Shown: positions 1-16,400 of the stretch, piece by piece
Layout of the letters: every line of letters starts with the position of its first letter
How positions within the stretch are numbered: position 1 is the stretch's first letter
Assembly: GCA_964016885.1 (NCBI GenBank)
Contig: OZ024740.1
Location: 371,566,001 to 371,630,000, forward strand
Length of the DNA: 64,000 nt
Reading direction: 5' to 3'
Origin: Eledone cirrhosa
Lineage: Eukaryota
Position numbers and translations under genes: made by a program
Notes under the pieces: model-generated
Told to the model about the DNA's origin: nothing
The model's database searches: none
The model's input: the letters and a program-made list of their open reading frames with translations, nothing else

Positions 1-1120
1 CCATAATTCATTATATTCCATCTTTCACTATATTCCATCTTTCATTATATTCCATCTTTAACTATATTCCATCTTTCACTATATTCCATCTTTCATTATA
101 TTCCATCTTTCACTATATTCCATCTTTCACTATATTCCATCTTTCACTATATTCCATCATTCACTATATTCCATCTTTCACTATATTCCATCTTTCACTA
201 TATTCCATAATTCATTATATTCCATCTTTCACTATATTTCATCTTTCACTATATTCCATCTTTCACTATATTCCATCTTTCACTATATTCCTTCATTCAC
301 TATATTCCATCTTTCACTATATTCCACTTTTCACTATATTCCATCTTTCACTATATTCCATCTTTCACTATATTCCATCTTTCATTATATTCCATCTTTC
401 ACTATATTCCATCTTTCACTATATTCCATCTTTCACTATATTCCATCTTTCCCTATATTCCATCTTTCACTATATTCTATCTTTCACTATATTCCATCTT
501 TCACTATATTCCATAATTCATTATATTCCATCTTTCACTATATTCCATCTTTCACTATATTCCATCTTTCACTATATTCCATCTTTCACTATATTCCATC
601 ATTCACTATATTCCATCTTTCACTATATTCCATCTTTCACTATATTCCATCTTTCATTATATTCCATCTTTCACTATATTCCATCTTTCACTATATTCCA
701 TCTTTCATTATATTGCATCTTTCACTATATTCCATCTTTCACTATATTCCATCTTTCAATATATTCCATCTTTCACTATATTCCATCTTTCACTATATTC
801 CATCATTCATTATATTCCATCTTTCACTATATTCCATCTTTCATTATATTCCATCTTTCACTATATTCCATCATTCATTATATTCCATCTTTCACTATAT
901 TCCATCTTTCATTATATTCCATCTTTCATTATATTCCATCTTTCACTATATTCCATCTTTCATTATATTCCATCTTTCACTATATTCCATCATTTCAGTA
1001 TATTCAGTATATTCAATCTTTCAGATATACCATCTTTCATTATATTCCTACTTTCACTATATTCCATCTTTCACTATATTCCAGCTTTCACTATATTCCA
1101 TCTTTCACTATATTCCATCT

Positions 1121-4100
1121 TTCATTTTATTCCATATTTAACTATATTCCATCTTTCACTATATTCCATCTTTCACTATATTCCATCTTTCATTATATTC
1201 CATCTTTCACCATGTTCCATCTTTCACTATATTCTATCTTTCACTATATTCCATAATTCATTATATTCCATCTTTCACTATATTCCATCTTTCATTATAT
1301 TCCATCTTTCACTATATTCCATCTTTCACTATATTCCATCTTTCACTATATTCCATCTTTCATTATATTCCATCTTTCACTATATTCCATCTTTCACTAT
1401 ATTCTATCTTTCACTATGTTCCATAATTCATTATATTCCATCTTTCACTATATTCCATCTCTCACTATATTCCATCATTCATTATATTTCATCATTCACT
1501 ATATTCCATCATTCATTATATTTCATATTTCACTATATTCCATCTTTCACTATGTTCCATCTTTCATTATATTCCATCTTTCACTATATTCCATCTTTCA
1601 CTATATTCCATCTTTCACTATATTCCATCTTTCACTATATTCCATCTTTCATTATATTCCATCTTTCACTATATTCCATCTTTCATTATATTCCATATTT
1701 AACTATATTCCATCTTTCACTATATTCCATCTTTCACTATATTCCATCTTTCACTATATTCCATCTTTCATTATATTCCATCATTCACTATATTCCATCA
1801 TTCATTATATTCCATACTTCACTATATTCCATCTTTCACGATATTCCATCTTTCATTATATTCCATCTTTCACTATATTCCATCTTTCACTATATTCCAT
1901 CTTTAACTATATTCCATCTTTCACTATATTCCATCTTTCACTATATTCCATCTTTCATTATATTCCATATTTAACTATATTCCATCTTTCACTATATTCC
2001 ATCATTCACTATATTCCATCTTTCATTATATTCCATCTTTCACTATATTCCATCTTTCACTATATTCTATCTTTCACTATATTCCATAATTCATTATATT
2101 CCTTCTTTCACTATATTCCATCTTTCACTATATTCCATCATTCATTATATTCCATCATTCACTATATTCCATCATTCATTATATTCCATATTTCACTATA
2201 TTCCATCTTTCACGATATTCCATCTTTCACTATATTCCATCTTTCACTATATTCCATCCTTCACTATATTCCATCTTTCACTATATTCCATATTTCACTA
2301 TATTCCATCTTTCACGATATTCCATCTTTCATTATATTCCATCTTTCACTATATTCCATCTTTCACTATATTCCATCTTTCACTATATTCCATGATTCAT
2401 TATATGCCATATTTCACTATATTCCATCTTTCACTATATTCCATCTTTCATTATATTCCATCTTTCACTATATTCCATCTTTCACTATATTCCATCTTTC
2501 AATATATTCCATCTTTCACTATATTCCATCTGTCATTATATTCCATATTTAATTATATTCCATCTTTCACTATATTCCATCCTTCACTATATTCCATCTT
2601 TCACTATATTCCATCTTTCATTATGTTCCATCATTCACTATATTCCATCATTCATTATATTCCATCTTTCACTATATTGCATCTTTCACGATATTCCATC
2701 TTTCATTATATTCCATCTTTCACTATATTCCATCTTTCACTATATTCCATCTTTCACTATATTCCATCTTTCACTATATTCCATCTTTCATTATATTCCA
2801 TATTTAACTATATTCCATCTTTCACTATATTCCATCTTTCACTATATTCCATCTTTCACTATATTCTATCTTTCATTATATTCCATAATTCATTATATTC
2901 CATCTTTCACTATATTCCATGTTTAACTATATTCCATTTTTCACTATATTCCATCTTTCACTATACTCCATCTTTCATTATATTCCATCTTTCACTATAT
3001 TCCATCTTTCACTATATTATATCTTTCACTATATTCCATAACTCATTATATTCCTTCTTTCACTATATTCCATCTTTCACTATATTCCATCATTCATTAT
3101 ATTCCATCATTCACTATATTCCATCATTCATTATATTCCATATTTCACTATATTCCATCTTTCACGATATTCCATCTTTCATTATATTCCATCTTTCACT
3201 ATATTCCATCTTTCACTATATTCCATCTTTCACTATATTCCATCTTTCATTTTATTCCATATTTAACTATATTCCATCTTTCACTATATTCCATCTTTCA
3301 CTATATTCCATCTTTCATTATATTCCATCTTTCACCATGTTCCATCTTTCACTATATTCTATCTTTCACTATATTCCATAATTCATTATATTCCATCTTT
3401 CACTATATTCCATCTTTCATTATATTCCATCTTTCACTATATTCCATCTTTCACTATATTCCATCTTTCACTATATTCCATCTTTCATTATATTCCATCT
3501 TCCACTATATTCCATCTTTCACTATATTCTATCTTTCACTATATTCCATAATTCATTATATTCCATCTTTCACTATATTCCATCTCTCACTATATTCCAT
3601 CATTCATTATATTTCATCATTCACTATATTCCATCATTCATTATATTTCATATTTCACTATATTCCATCTTTCACTATGTTCCATCTTTCATTATATTCC
3701 ATCTTTCACTATATTCCATCTTTCACTATATTCCATCTTTCACTATATTCCATCTTTCACTATATTCCATCTTTCATTATATTCCATCTTTCACTATATT
3801 CCATCTTTCATTATATTCCATATTTAACTATATTCCATCTTTCACTATATTCCATCTTTCACTATATTCCATCTTTCACTATATTCCATCTTTCATTATA
3901 TTCCATCATTCACTATATTCCATCATTCATTATATTCCATACTTCACTATATTCCATCTTTCACGATATTCCATCTTTCATTATATTCCATCATTCACTA
4001 TATTCCATCTTTCAATATATTCCATCTTTAACTATATTCCATCTTTCACTATATTCCATCTTTCACTATATTCCATCTTTCATTATATTCCATATTTAAC

Positions 4101-7100
4101 TATATTCCATCTTTCACTATATTCCATCATTCACTATATTCCATCTTTCATTATATTCCATCTTTCACTATATTCCATCTTTCACTATATTCTATCTTTC
4201 ACTATATTCCATAATTCATTATATTCCATCTTTCACTATATTCCATCTTTCACTATATTCCATCATTCATTATATTCCATCATTCACTATATTCCATCAT
4301 TCATTATATTCCATATTTCACTATATTCCATCTTTCACGATATTCCATCTTTCACTATATTCCATCTTTCACTATATTCCATCCTTCACTATATTCCATC
4401 TTTCACTCTATTCCATATTTCACTATATTCCATCTTTCACGATATTCCATCTTTCATTATATTCCATCTTTCACTATATTCCATCTTTCACTATATTCCA
4501 TCTTTCACTATATTCCATGATTCATTATATTCCATATTTCACTATATTCCATCTTTCACTATATTCCATCTTTCATTATATTCCATCTTTCACTATATTC
4601 CATCTTTCACTATATTCCATCTTTCATTATATTCCATCTTTCACTATATTCCATCTGTCATTATATTCCATATTTAATTATATTCCATCTTTCACTATAT
4701 TCCATCCTTCACTATATTCCATCTTTCACTATATTCCATCTTTCATTATGTTCCATCATTCACTATATTCCATCATTCATTATATTCCATCTTTCACTAT
4801 ATTGCATCTTTCACGATATTCCATCTTTCATTATATTCCATCTTTCACTATATTCCATCTTTCACTATATTCCATCTTTCACTATATTCCATCTTTCACT
4901 ATATTCCATCTTTCATTATATTCCATATTTAACTATATTCCATCTTTCACTATATTCCATCTTTCACTATATTCCATCTTTCACTATATTCTATCTTTCA
5001 TTATATTCCATAATTCATTATATTCCATCTTTCACTATATTCCATGTTTAACTATATTCCATTTTTCACTATATTCCATCTTTCACTATACTCCATCTTT
5101 CATTATATTCCATCTTTCACTATATTCCATCTTTCACTATATTATATCTTTCACTATATTCCATAACTCATTATATTCCTTCTTTCACTATATTCCATCT
5201 TTCACTATATTCCATCATTCATTATATTCCATCATTCACTATATTCCATCATTCATTATATTCCATATTTCACTATATTCCATCTTTCACGATATTCCAT
5301 CTTTCATTATATTCCATCTTTCACTATATTCCATCTTTCACTATATTCCATCTTTCATTTTATTCCATATTTAACTATATTCCATCTTTCACTATATTCC
5401 ATCTTTCACTATATTCCATCTTTCATTATATTCCATCTTTCACCATGTTCCATCTTTCACTATATTCTATCTTTCACTATATTCCATAATTCATTATATT
5501 CCATCTTTCACTATATTCCATCTTTCATTATATTCCATCTTTCACTATATTCCATCTTTCACTATATTCCATCTTTCACTATATTCCATCTTTCATTATA
5601 TTCCATCTTCCACTATATTCCATCTTTCACTATATTCTATCTTTCACTATATTCCATAATTCATTATATTCCATCTTTCACTATATTCCATCTCTCACTA
5701 TATTCCATCATTCATTATATTTCATCATTCACTATATTCCATCATTCATTATATTTCATATTTCACTATATTCCATCTTTCACTATGTTCCATCTTTCAT
5801 TATATTCCATCTTTCACTATATTCCATCTTTCACTATATTCCATCTTTCACTATATTCCATCTTTCACTATATTCCATCTTTCATTATATTCCATCTTTC
5901 ACTATATTCCATCTTTCATTATATTCCATATTTAACTATATTCCATCTTTCACTATATTCCATCTTTCACTATATTCCATCTTTCACTATATTCCATCTT
6001 TCATTATATTCCATCATTCACTATATTCCATCATTCATTATATTCCATACTTCACTATATTCCATCTTTCACGATATTCCATCTTTCATTATATTCCATC
6101 TTTCACTATATTCCATCTTTCACTATATTCCATCTTTAACTATATTCCATCTTTCACTATATTCCATCTTTCACTATATTCCATCTTTCATTATATTCCA
6201 TATTTAACTATATTCCATCTTTCACTATATTCCATCATTCACTATATTCCATCTTTCATTATATTCCATCTTTCACTATATTCCATCTTTCACTATATTC
6301 TATCTTTCACTATATTCCATAATTCATTATATTCCATCTTTCACTATATTCCATCTTTCACTATATTCCATCATTCATTATATTCCATCATTCACTATAT
6401 TCCATCATTCATTATATTCCATATTTCACTATATTCCATCTTTCACGATATTCCATCTTTCACTATATTCCATCTTTCACTATATTCCATCCTTCACTAT
6501 ATTCCATCTTTCACTATATTCCATATTTCACTATATTCCATCTTTCACGATATTCCATCTTTCATTATATTCCATCTTTCACTATATTCCATCTTTCACT
6601 ATATTCCATCTTTCACTATATTCCATGATTCATTATATTCCATATTTCACTATATTCCATCTTTCACTATATTCCATCTTTCATTATATTCCATCTTTCA
6701 CTATATTCCATCTTTCACTATATTCCATCTTTCATCATATTCCATCTTTCACTATATTCCATCTGTCATTATATTCCATATTTAATTATATTCCATCTTT
6801 CACTATATTCCATCCTTCACTATATTCCATCTTTCACTATATTCCATCTTTCATTATGTTCCATCATTCACTATATTCCATCATTCATTATATTCCATCT
6901 TTCACTATATTGCATCTTTCACGATATTCCATCTTTCATTATATTCCATCTTTCACTATATTCCATCTTTCACTATATTCCATCTTTCACTATATTCCAT
7001 CTTTCACTATATTCCATCTTTCATTATATTCCATATTTAACTATATTCCATCTTTCACTATATTCCATCTTTCACTATATTCCATCTTTCACTATATTCT

Positions 7101-7450
7101 ATCTTTCATTATATTCCATAATTCATTATATTCCATCTTTCACTATATTCCATGTTTAACTATATTCCATTTTTCACTATATTCCATCTTTCACTATACT
7201 CCATCTTTCATTATATTCCATCTTTCACTATATTCCATCTTTCACTATATTATATCTTTCACTATATTCCATAACTCATTATATTCCTTCTTTCACTATA
7301 TTCCATCTTTCACTATATTCCATCATTCATTATATTCCATCATTCACTATATTCCATCATTCATTATATTCCATATTTCACTATATTCCATCTTTCACGA
7401 TATTCCATCTTTCATTATATTCCATCTTTCACTATATTCCATCTTTCACT
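1121..7450. repeat. Higher-order repeat, about 3 copies of a 124-125-monomer unit (2125/2108 bp)
   Basis: The marker TTCATTTTATTCCATATTTAAC occurs at 1121, 3246 and 5354. Variant-defined ORF starts at 1552/3677/5785 and 2392/4517/6625 show the same offsets (125x17, 124x17). The right end is approximate. Confidence 0.88.
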
Positions 7451-10400
7451 ATATTCCATCTTTCACTATATTCCATCATTCATTATATTCCATCTTTCAC
7501 TATATACCATCTTTCACTATATTCCATCATTCATTATATTCCATCATTCACTATATTCCATCATTCATTATATTCCATCTTTCACTATATTCCATCTTTC
7601 ACTATGTTCCATCTTTCATTATATTCCATCTTTCACTATATTTCATCTTTCACTATATTCCATCTTTCATTATATTCCATCTTTCACTATATTCCATCTT
7701 TCATTATATTCCATAATTCATTATATTCCATCTTTCACTATATTCCATCTTTCATTATATTCCATCTTTCACTATATTCCATCTTTCATTATATTCCATC
7801 TTTCACTATATTTCATCTTTCATTATATTCCATAATCCATTATATTCCATCTTTCACGATATTCCATCTTTCATTATATTCCATCTTTCACTATATTCCA
7901 TCTTTCACTATATTCTATCTTCCACTATATTCCATCTTTCACTATATTCAATCTTTCACTATATTCCATCTTTCACTATATTCCATCTTTCACTATATTC
8001 CATGTTTCATTATATTCCATCTTTCACTATATTCCATCTTTCATTATATTCCATCTTTCACTATATTCCATCTTTCACTATATTCTATCTTTCACTATAT
8101 TCCATAATTCATTATATTCCATCTTTCACTATATTCCATCTTTCACTATATTCCATAATTCATTATATTCCATCTTTCACTATATTCCATCTTTCATTAT
8201 ATTCCATCTTTAACTATATTCCATCTTTCACTATATTCCATCTTTCACTATATTCCATCTTTCATTATATTCCATCTTCCACTATATTCCATCTTTCACT
8301 ATATTCTATCTTTCACTATATTCCATAATTCATTATATTCCATCTTTCACTATATTCCATCTCTCACTATATTCCATCATTCATTATATTTCATCATTCA
8401 CTATATTCCATCATTCATTATATTTCATATTTCACTATATTCCATCTTTCACTATGTTCCATCTTTCATTATATTCCATCTTTCACTATATTCCATCTTT
8501 CACTATATTCCATCTTTCACTATATTCCATCTTTCACTATATTCCATCTTTCATTATATTCCATCTTTCACTATATTCCATCTTTCATTATATTCCATAT
8601 TTAACTATATTCCATCTTTCACTATATTCCATCTTTCACTATATTCCATCTTTCACTATATTTCATCTTTCATTATATTCCATCATTCACTATATTCCAT
8701 CATTCATTATATTCCATACTTCACTATATTCCATCTTTCACGATATTTCATCTTTCATTATATTCCATCTTTCACTATATTCCATCTTTCACTATATTCC
8801 ATCTTTAACTATATTCCATCTTTCACTATATTCCATCTTTCACTATATTCCATCTTTCATTATATTCCATCTTTCACCATGTTCCATCTTTCACTATATT
8901 CTATCTTTCACTATATTCCATAATTCATTATATTCCATCTTTCACTATATTCCATCTTTCATTATATTCCATCTTTCACTATATTCCATCTTTCACTATA
9001 TTCCATCATTCACTATATTCCATCTTTCATTATATTCCATCTTTCACTATATTCCATCTTTCACTATATTCTATCTTTCACTATATTCCATAATTCATTA
9101 TATTCCATCTTTCACTATATTCCATCTTTCACTATATTCCATCATTCATTATATTCCATCATTCACTATATTCCATCATTCATTATATTCCATATTTCAC
9201 TATATTCCATCTTTCACGATATTCCATCTTTCACTATATTCCATCTTTCACTATATTCCATCCTTCACTATATTCCATCTTTCACTATATTCCATATTTC
9301 ACTATATTCCATCTTTCACGATATTCCATCTTTCATTATATTCCATCTTTCACTATATTCCATCTTTCACTATATTCCATCTTTCACTATATTCCATGAT
9401 TCATTATATTCCATATTTCACTATATTCCATCTTTCACTATATTCCATCTTTCATTATATTCCATCTTTCACTATATTCCATCTTTCACTATAATTCCAT
9501 CTTTCATTATATTCCATCTTTCACTATATTCCATCTGTCATTATATTCCATATTTAATTATATTCCATCTTTCACTATATTCCATCCTTCACTATATTCC
9601 ATCTTTCACTATATTCCATCTTTCATTATGTTCCATCATTCACTATATTCCATCATTCATTATATTCCATCTTTCACTATATTGCATCTTTCACGATATT
9701 CCATCTTTCATTATATTCCATCTTTCACTATATTCCATCTTTCACTATATTCCATCTTTCACTATATTCCATCTTTCACTATATTCCATCTTTCATTATA
9801 TTCCATATTTAACTATATTCCATCTTTCACTATATTCCATCTTTCACTATATTCCATCTTTCACTATATTCTATCTTTCATTATATTCCATAATTCATTA
9901 TATTCCATCTTTCACTATATTCCATGTTTAACTATATTCCATTTTTCACTATATTCCATCTTTCACTATACTCCATCTTTCATTATATTCCATCTTTCAC
10001 TATATTCCATCTTTCACTATATTATATCTTTCACTATATTCCATAACTCATTATATTCCTTCTTTCACTATATTCCATCTTTCACTATATTCCATCATTC
10101 ATTATATTCCATCATTCACTATATTCCATCATTCATTATATTCCATATTTCACTATATTCCATCTTTCACGATATTCCATCTTTCATTATATTCCATCTT
10201 TCACTATATTCCATCTTTCACTATATTCCATCTTTCACTATATTCCATCATTCATTATATTCCATCTTTCACTATATTCCATCTTTCACTATATTCCATC
10301 ATTCATTATATTCCATCATTCACTATATTCCATCATTCATTATATTCCATCTTTCACTATATTCCATCTTTCACTATGTTCCATCTTTCATTATATTCCA

Positions 10401-13400
10401 TCTTTCACTATATTTCATCTTTCACTATATTCCATCTTTCATTATATTCCATCTTTCACTATATTCCATCTTTCATTATATTCCATAATTCATTATATTC
10501 CATCTTTCACTATATTCCATCTTTCATTATATTCCATCTTTCACTATATTCCATCTTTCATTATATTCCATCTTTCACTATATTTCATCTTTCATTATAT
10601 TCCATAATCCATTATATTCCATCTTTCACGATATTCCATCTTTCATTATATTCCATCTTTCACTATATTCCATCTTTCACTATATTCTATCTTCCACTAT
10701 ATTCCATCTTTCACTATATTCAATCTTTCACTTTATTCCATCTTTCACTATATTCCATCTTTCACTATATTCCATGTTTCATTATATTCCATCTTTCACT
10801 ATATTCCATCTTTCATTATATTCCATCTTTCACTATATTCCATCTTTCACTATATTCTATCTTTCACTATATTCCATAATTCATTATATTCCATCTTTCA
10901 CTATATTCCATCTTTCACTATATTCCATAATTCATTATATTCCATCTTTCACTATATTCCATCTTTCATTATATTCCATCTTTAACTATATTCCATCTTT
11001 CACTATATTCCATCTTTCATTATATTCCATCTTTCACTATATTCCATCTTTCACTATATTCCATCTTTCACTATATTCTATCTTTCACTATATTCCATCT
11101 TTCACTATATTCCATCTTTCATTATATTCCATCATTCACTATATTCCATCATTCATTATATTCCATATTTCACTATATTCCATGTTTCACGATATTCCAT
11201 CTTTCATTATATTCCATCTTTCACTATATTCCATCTTTCACTATGTTCCATCTTTCATTATATTCCATCTTTCACTATATTCCATCTTTCACTATATTCC
11301 ATCTTTCACTATATTCCATCTTTCACTATATTCCATCTTTAATTATATTCCATCTTTCACTATATTCCATCTTTCATTATATTCCATATTTAACTATATT
11401 CCATCTTTCACTATATTCCATCTTTCACTATATTCCATCTTTCACTATATTCCATCTTTCATTATATTCCATCATTCACTATATTCCATCATTCATTATA
11501 TTCCATACTTCACTATATTCCATCTTTCACTATGTTCCATCTTTCATTATATTCCATCTTTCATTATATTCCATCTTTCATTATATTCCATCTTTCACTA
11601 TATTCCATCTTTCACTATATTCCATCTTTCACTATATTCCATCTTTCACTATATTCCATCTTTCACGATATTCCATCTTTCATTATATTCCATCTTTCAC
11701 TATATTCCATCTTTAACTATATTCCATCTTTCACTATATTCCATCTTTCACTATATTCCATCTTTCACTATATTCCATCTTTCACTATATTCCAACTTTC
11801 ATTATATTCCATCTTTCACTATATTCCATCTTTCACTATATTCTATCTTTCACTATATTCCATAATTCATTATATTCCATCTTTCACTATATTCCATATT
11901 TTACTATATTCCATCTTTCACTATATTCCATCTTTCACTATATTCTATCTTTCACTATATTCCATAATTCATAATATTCCATCTTTCACTATATTCCATC
12001 TTTCACTATATTCCATCATTCATTATATTCCATCATTCACTATATTCCATCATTCATTATATTCCATATTTCACTATATTCCATCTTTCACGATATTCCA
12101 TCTTTCACTATATTCCATCTTTCACTATATTCCATCCTTCACTATATTCCATCTTTCACTATATTCCATATTTCACTATATTCCATCTTTCACGATATTC
12201 CATCTTTCATTATATTCCATCTTTCACTATATTCCATCTTTCACTATATTCCATCTTTCACTATATTCCATGATTCATTATATTCCATATTTCACTATAT
12301 TCCATCTTTCACTATATTCCATCTTTCATTATATTCCATATTTCACTATATTCCATCTTTCACTATATTCCATCTTTCATTATATTCCATCTTTCACTGT
12401 ATTCCATCTGTCATTATATTCCATATTTAATTATATTCCATCTTTCACTATATTCCATCCTTCACTATATTCCATCTTTCACTATATTCCATCTTTCATT
12501 ATGTTCCATCATTCACTATATTCCATCATTCATTATATTCCATATTTCACTATATTCCATCTTTCACGATATTCCATCTTTCATTATATTCCATCTTTCA
12601 CTATATTCCATCTTTCACTATATTCCATCTTTCACTATATTCCATCTTTCACTATATTCCATCTTTCATTATATTCCATAATCCATTATATTCCCTCTTT
12701 CACGATATTCCATCTTTCATCATATTCCATCTTTCACTATATTCCATATTTCACTATATTCCATCTTTCACGATATTCCATCTTTCATTATATTCCATCT
12801 TTCACTATATTCCATCTTTCACTATATTCCATCTTTCACTATATTCCATGATTCATTATATTCCATATTTCACTATATTCCATCTTTCACTATATTCCAT
12901 CTTTCATTATATTCCATCTTTCACTATATTCCATCTTTCACTATATTCCATCTTTCATTATATTCCATCTTTCACTATATTCCATCTGTCATTATATTCC
13001 ATATTTAATTATATTCCATCTTTCACTATATTCCATCCTTCACTATATTCCATCTTTCACTATATTCCATCTTTCATTATGTTCCATCATTCACTATATT
13101 CCATCATTCATTATATTCCATCTTTCACTATATTGCATCTTTCACGATATTCCATCTTTCATTATATTCCATCTTTCACTATATTCCATCTTTCACTATA
13201 TTCCATCTTTCACTATATTCCATCTTTCACTATATTCCATCTTTCATTATATTCCATATTTAACTATATTCCATCTTTCACTATATTCCATCTTTCACTA
13301 TATTCCATCTTTCACTATATTCTATCTTTCATTATATTCCATAATTCATTATATTCCATCTTTCACTATATTCCATGTTTAACTATATTCCATTTTTCAC

Positions 13401-16400
13401 TATATTCCATCTTTCACTATACTCCATCTTTCATTATATTCCATCTTTCACTATATTCCATCTTTCACTATATTATATCTTTCACTATATTCCATAACTC
13501 ATTATATTCCTTCTTTCACTATATTCCATCTTTCACTATATTCCATCATTCATTATATTCCATCATTCACTATATTCCATCATTCATTATATTCCATATT
13601 TCACTATATTCCATCTTTCACGATATTCCATCTTTCATTATATTCCATCTTTCACTATATTCCATCTTTCACTATATTCCATCTTTCACTATATTCCATC
13701 ATTCATTATATTCCATCTTTCACTATATTCCATCTTTCACTATATTCCATCATTCATTATATTCCATCATTCACTATATTCCATCATTCATTATATTCCA
13801 TCTTTCACTATATTCCATCTTTCACTATGTTCCATCTTTCATTATATTCCATCTTTCACTATATTTCATCTTTCACTATATTCCATCTTTCATTATATTC
13901 CATCTTTCACTATATTCCATCTTTCATTATATTCCATAATTCATTATATTCCATCTTTCACTATATTCCATCTTTCATTATATTCCATCTTTCACTATAT
14001 TCCATCTTTCATTATATTCCATCTTTCACTATATTTCATCTTTCATTATATTCCATAATCCATTATATTCCATCTTTCACGATATTCCATCTTTCATTAT
14101 ATTCCATCTTTCACTATATTCCATCTTTCACTATATTCTATCTTCCACTATATTCCATCTTTCACTATATTCAATCTTTCACTATATTCCATCTTTCACT
14201 ATATTCCATCTTTCACTATATTCCATGTTTCATTATATTCCATCTTTCACTATATTCCATCTTTCATTATATTCCATCTTTCACTATATTCCATCTTTCA
14301 CTATATTCTATCTTTCACTATATTCCATAATTCATTATATTCCATCTTTCACTATATTCCATCTTTCACTATATTCCATAATTCATTATATTCCATCTTT
14401 CACTATATTCCATCTTTCATTATATTCCATCTTTAACTATATTCCATCTTTCACTATATTCCATCTTTCATTATATTCCATCTTTCACTATATTCCATCT
14501 TTCACTATATTCCATCTTTCACTATATTCTATCTTTCACTATATTCCATCTTTCACTATATTCCATCTTTCATTATATTCCATCATTCACTATATTCCAT
14601 CATTCATTATATTCCATATTTCACTATATTCCATCTTTCACGATATTCCATCTTTCATTATATTCCATCTTTCACTATATTCCATCTTTCACTATGTTCC
14701 ATCTTTCATTATATTCCATCTTTCACTATATTCCATCTTTCACTATATTCCATCTTTCACTATATTCCATCTTTCACTATATTCCATCTTTAATTATATT
14801 CCATCTTTCACTATATTCCATCTTTCATTATATTCCATATTTAACTATATTCCATCTTTCACTATATTCCATCTTTCACTATATTCCATCTTTCACTATA
14901 TTCCATCTTTCATTATATTCCATCATTCACTATATTCCATCATTCATTATATTCCATACTTCACTATATTCCATCTTTCACTATGTTCCATCTTTCATTA
15001 TATTCCATCTTTCATTATATTCCATCTTTCATTATATTCCATCTTTCACTATATTCCATCTTTCACTATATTCCATCTTTCACTATATTCCATCTTTCAC
15101 TATATTCCATCTTTCACGATATTCCATCTTTCATTATATTCCATCTTTCACTATATTCCATCTTTAACTATATTCCATCTTTCACTATATTCCATCTTTC
15201 ACTATATTCCATCTTTCACTATATTCCATCTTTCACTATATTCCAACTTTCATTATATTCCATCTTTCACTATATTCCATCTCTCACTATATTCTATCTT
15301 TCACTATATTCCATAATTCATTATATTCCATCTTTCACTATATTCCATATTTAACTATATTCCATCTTTCACTATATTCCATCTTTCACTATATTCTATC
15401 TTTCACTATATTCCATAATTCATTATATTCCATCTTTCACTATATTCCATCTTTCACTATATTCCATCATTCATTATATTCCATCATTCACTATATTCCA
15501 TCATTCATTATATTCCATATTTCACTATATTCCATCTTTCACGATATTCCATCTTTCACTATATTCCATCTTTCACTATATTCCATCTTTCACTATATTC
15601 CATCTTTCACTATATTCCATATTTCACTATATTCCATCTTTCACGATATTCCATCTTTCATTATATTCCATCTTTCACTATATTCCATCTTTCACTATAT
15701 TCCATCTTTCACTATATTCCATGATTCATTATATTCCATATTTCACTATATTCCATCTTTCACTATATTCCATCTTTCATTATATTCCATCTTTCACTAT
15801 ATTCCATCTTTCACTATATTCCATCTTTCATTATATTCCATCTTTCACTGTATTCCATCTGTCATTATATTCCATATTTAATTATATTCCATCTTTCACT
15901 ATATTCCATCCTTCACTATATTCCATCTTTCACTATATTCCATCTTTCATTATGTTCCATCATTCACTATATTCCATCATTCATTATATTCCATATTTCA
16001 CTATATTCCATCTTTCACGATATTCCATCTTTCATTATATTCCATCTTTCACTATATTCCATATTTCACTATATTCCATCTTTCACTATATTCCATCTTT
16101 CACTATATTCCATCTTTCATTATATTCCATATTTAACTATATTCCATCTTTCACTATATTCCATCTTTCACTATATTCCATCTTTCACTATATTCTATCT
16201 TTCATTATATTCCATAATTCATTATATTCCATCTTTCACTATATTCCATGTTTAACTATATTCCATTTTTCACTATATTCCATCTTTCACTATACTCCAT
16301 CTTTCATTATATTCCATCTTTCACTATATTCCATCTTTCACTATATTATATCTTTCACTATATTCCATAACTCATTATATTCCTTCTTTCACTATATTCC

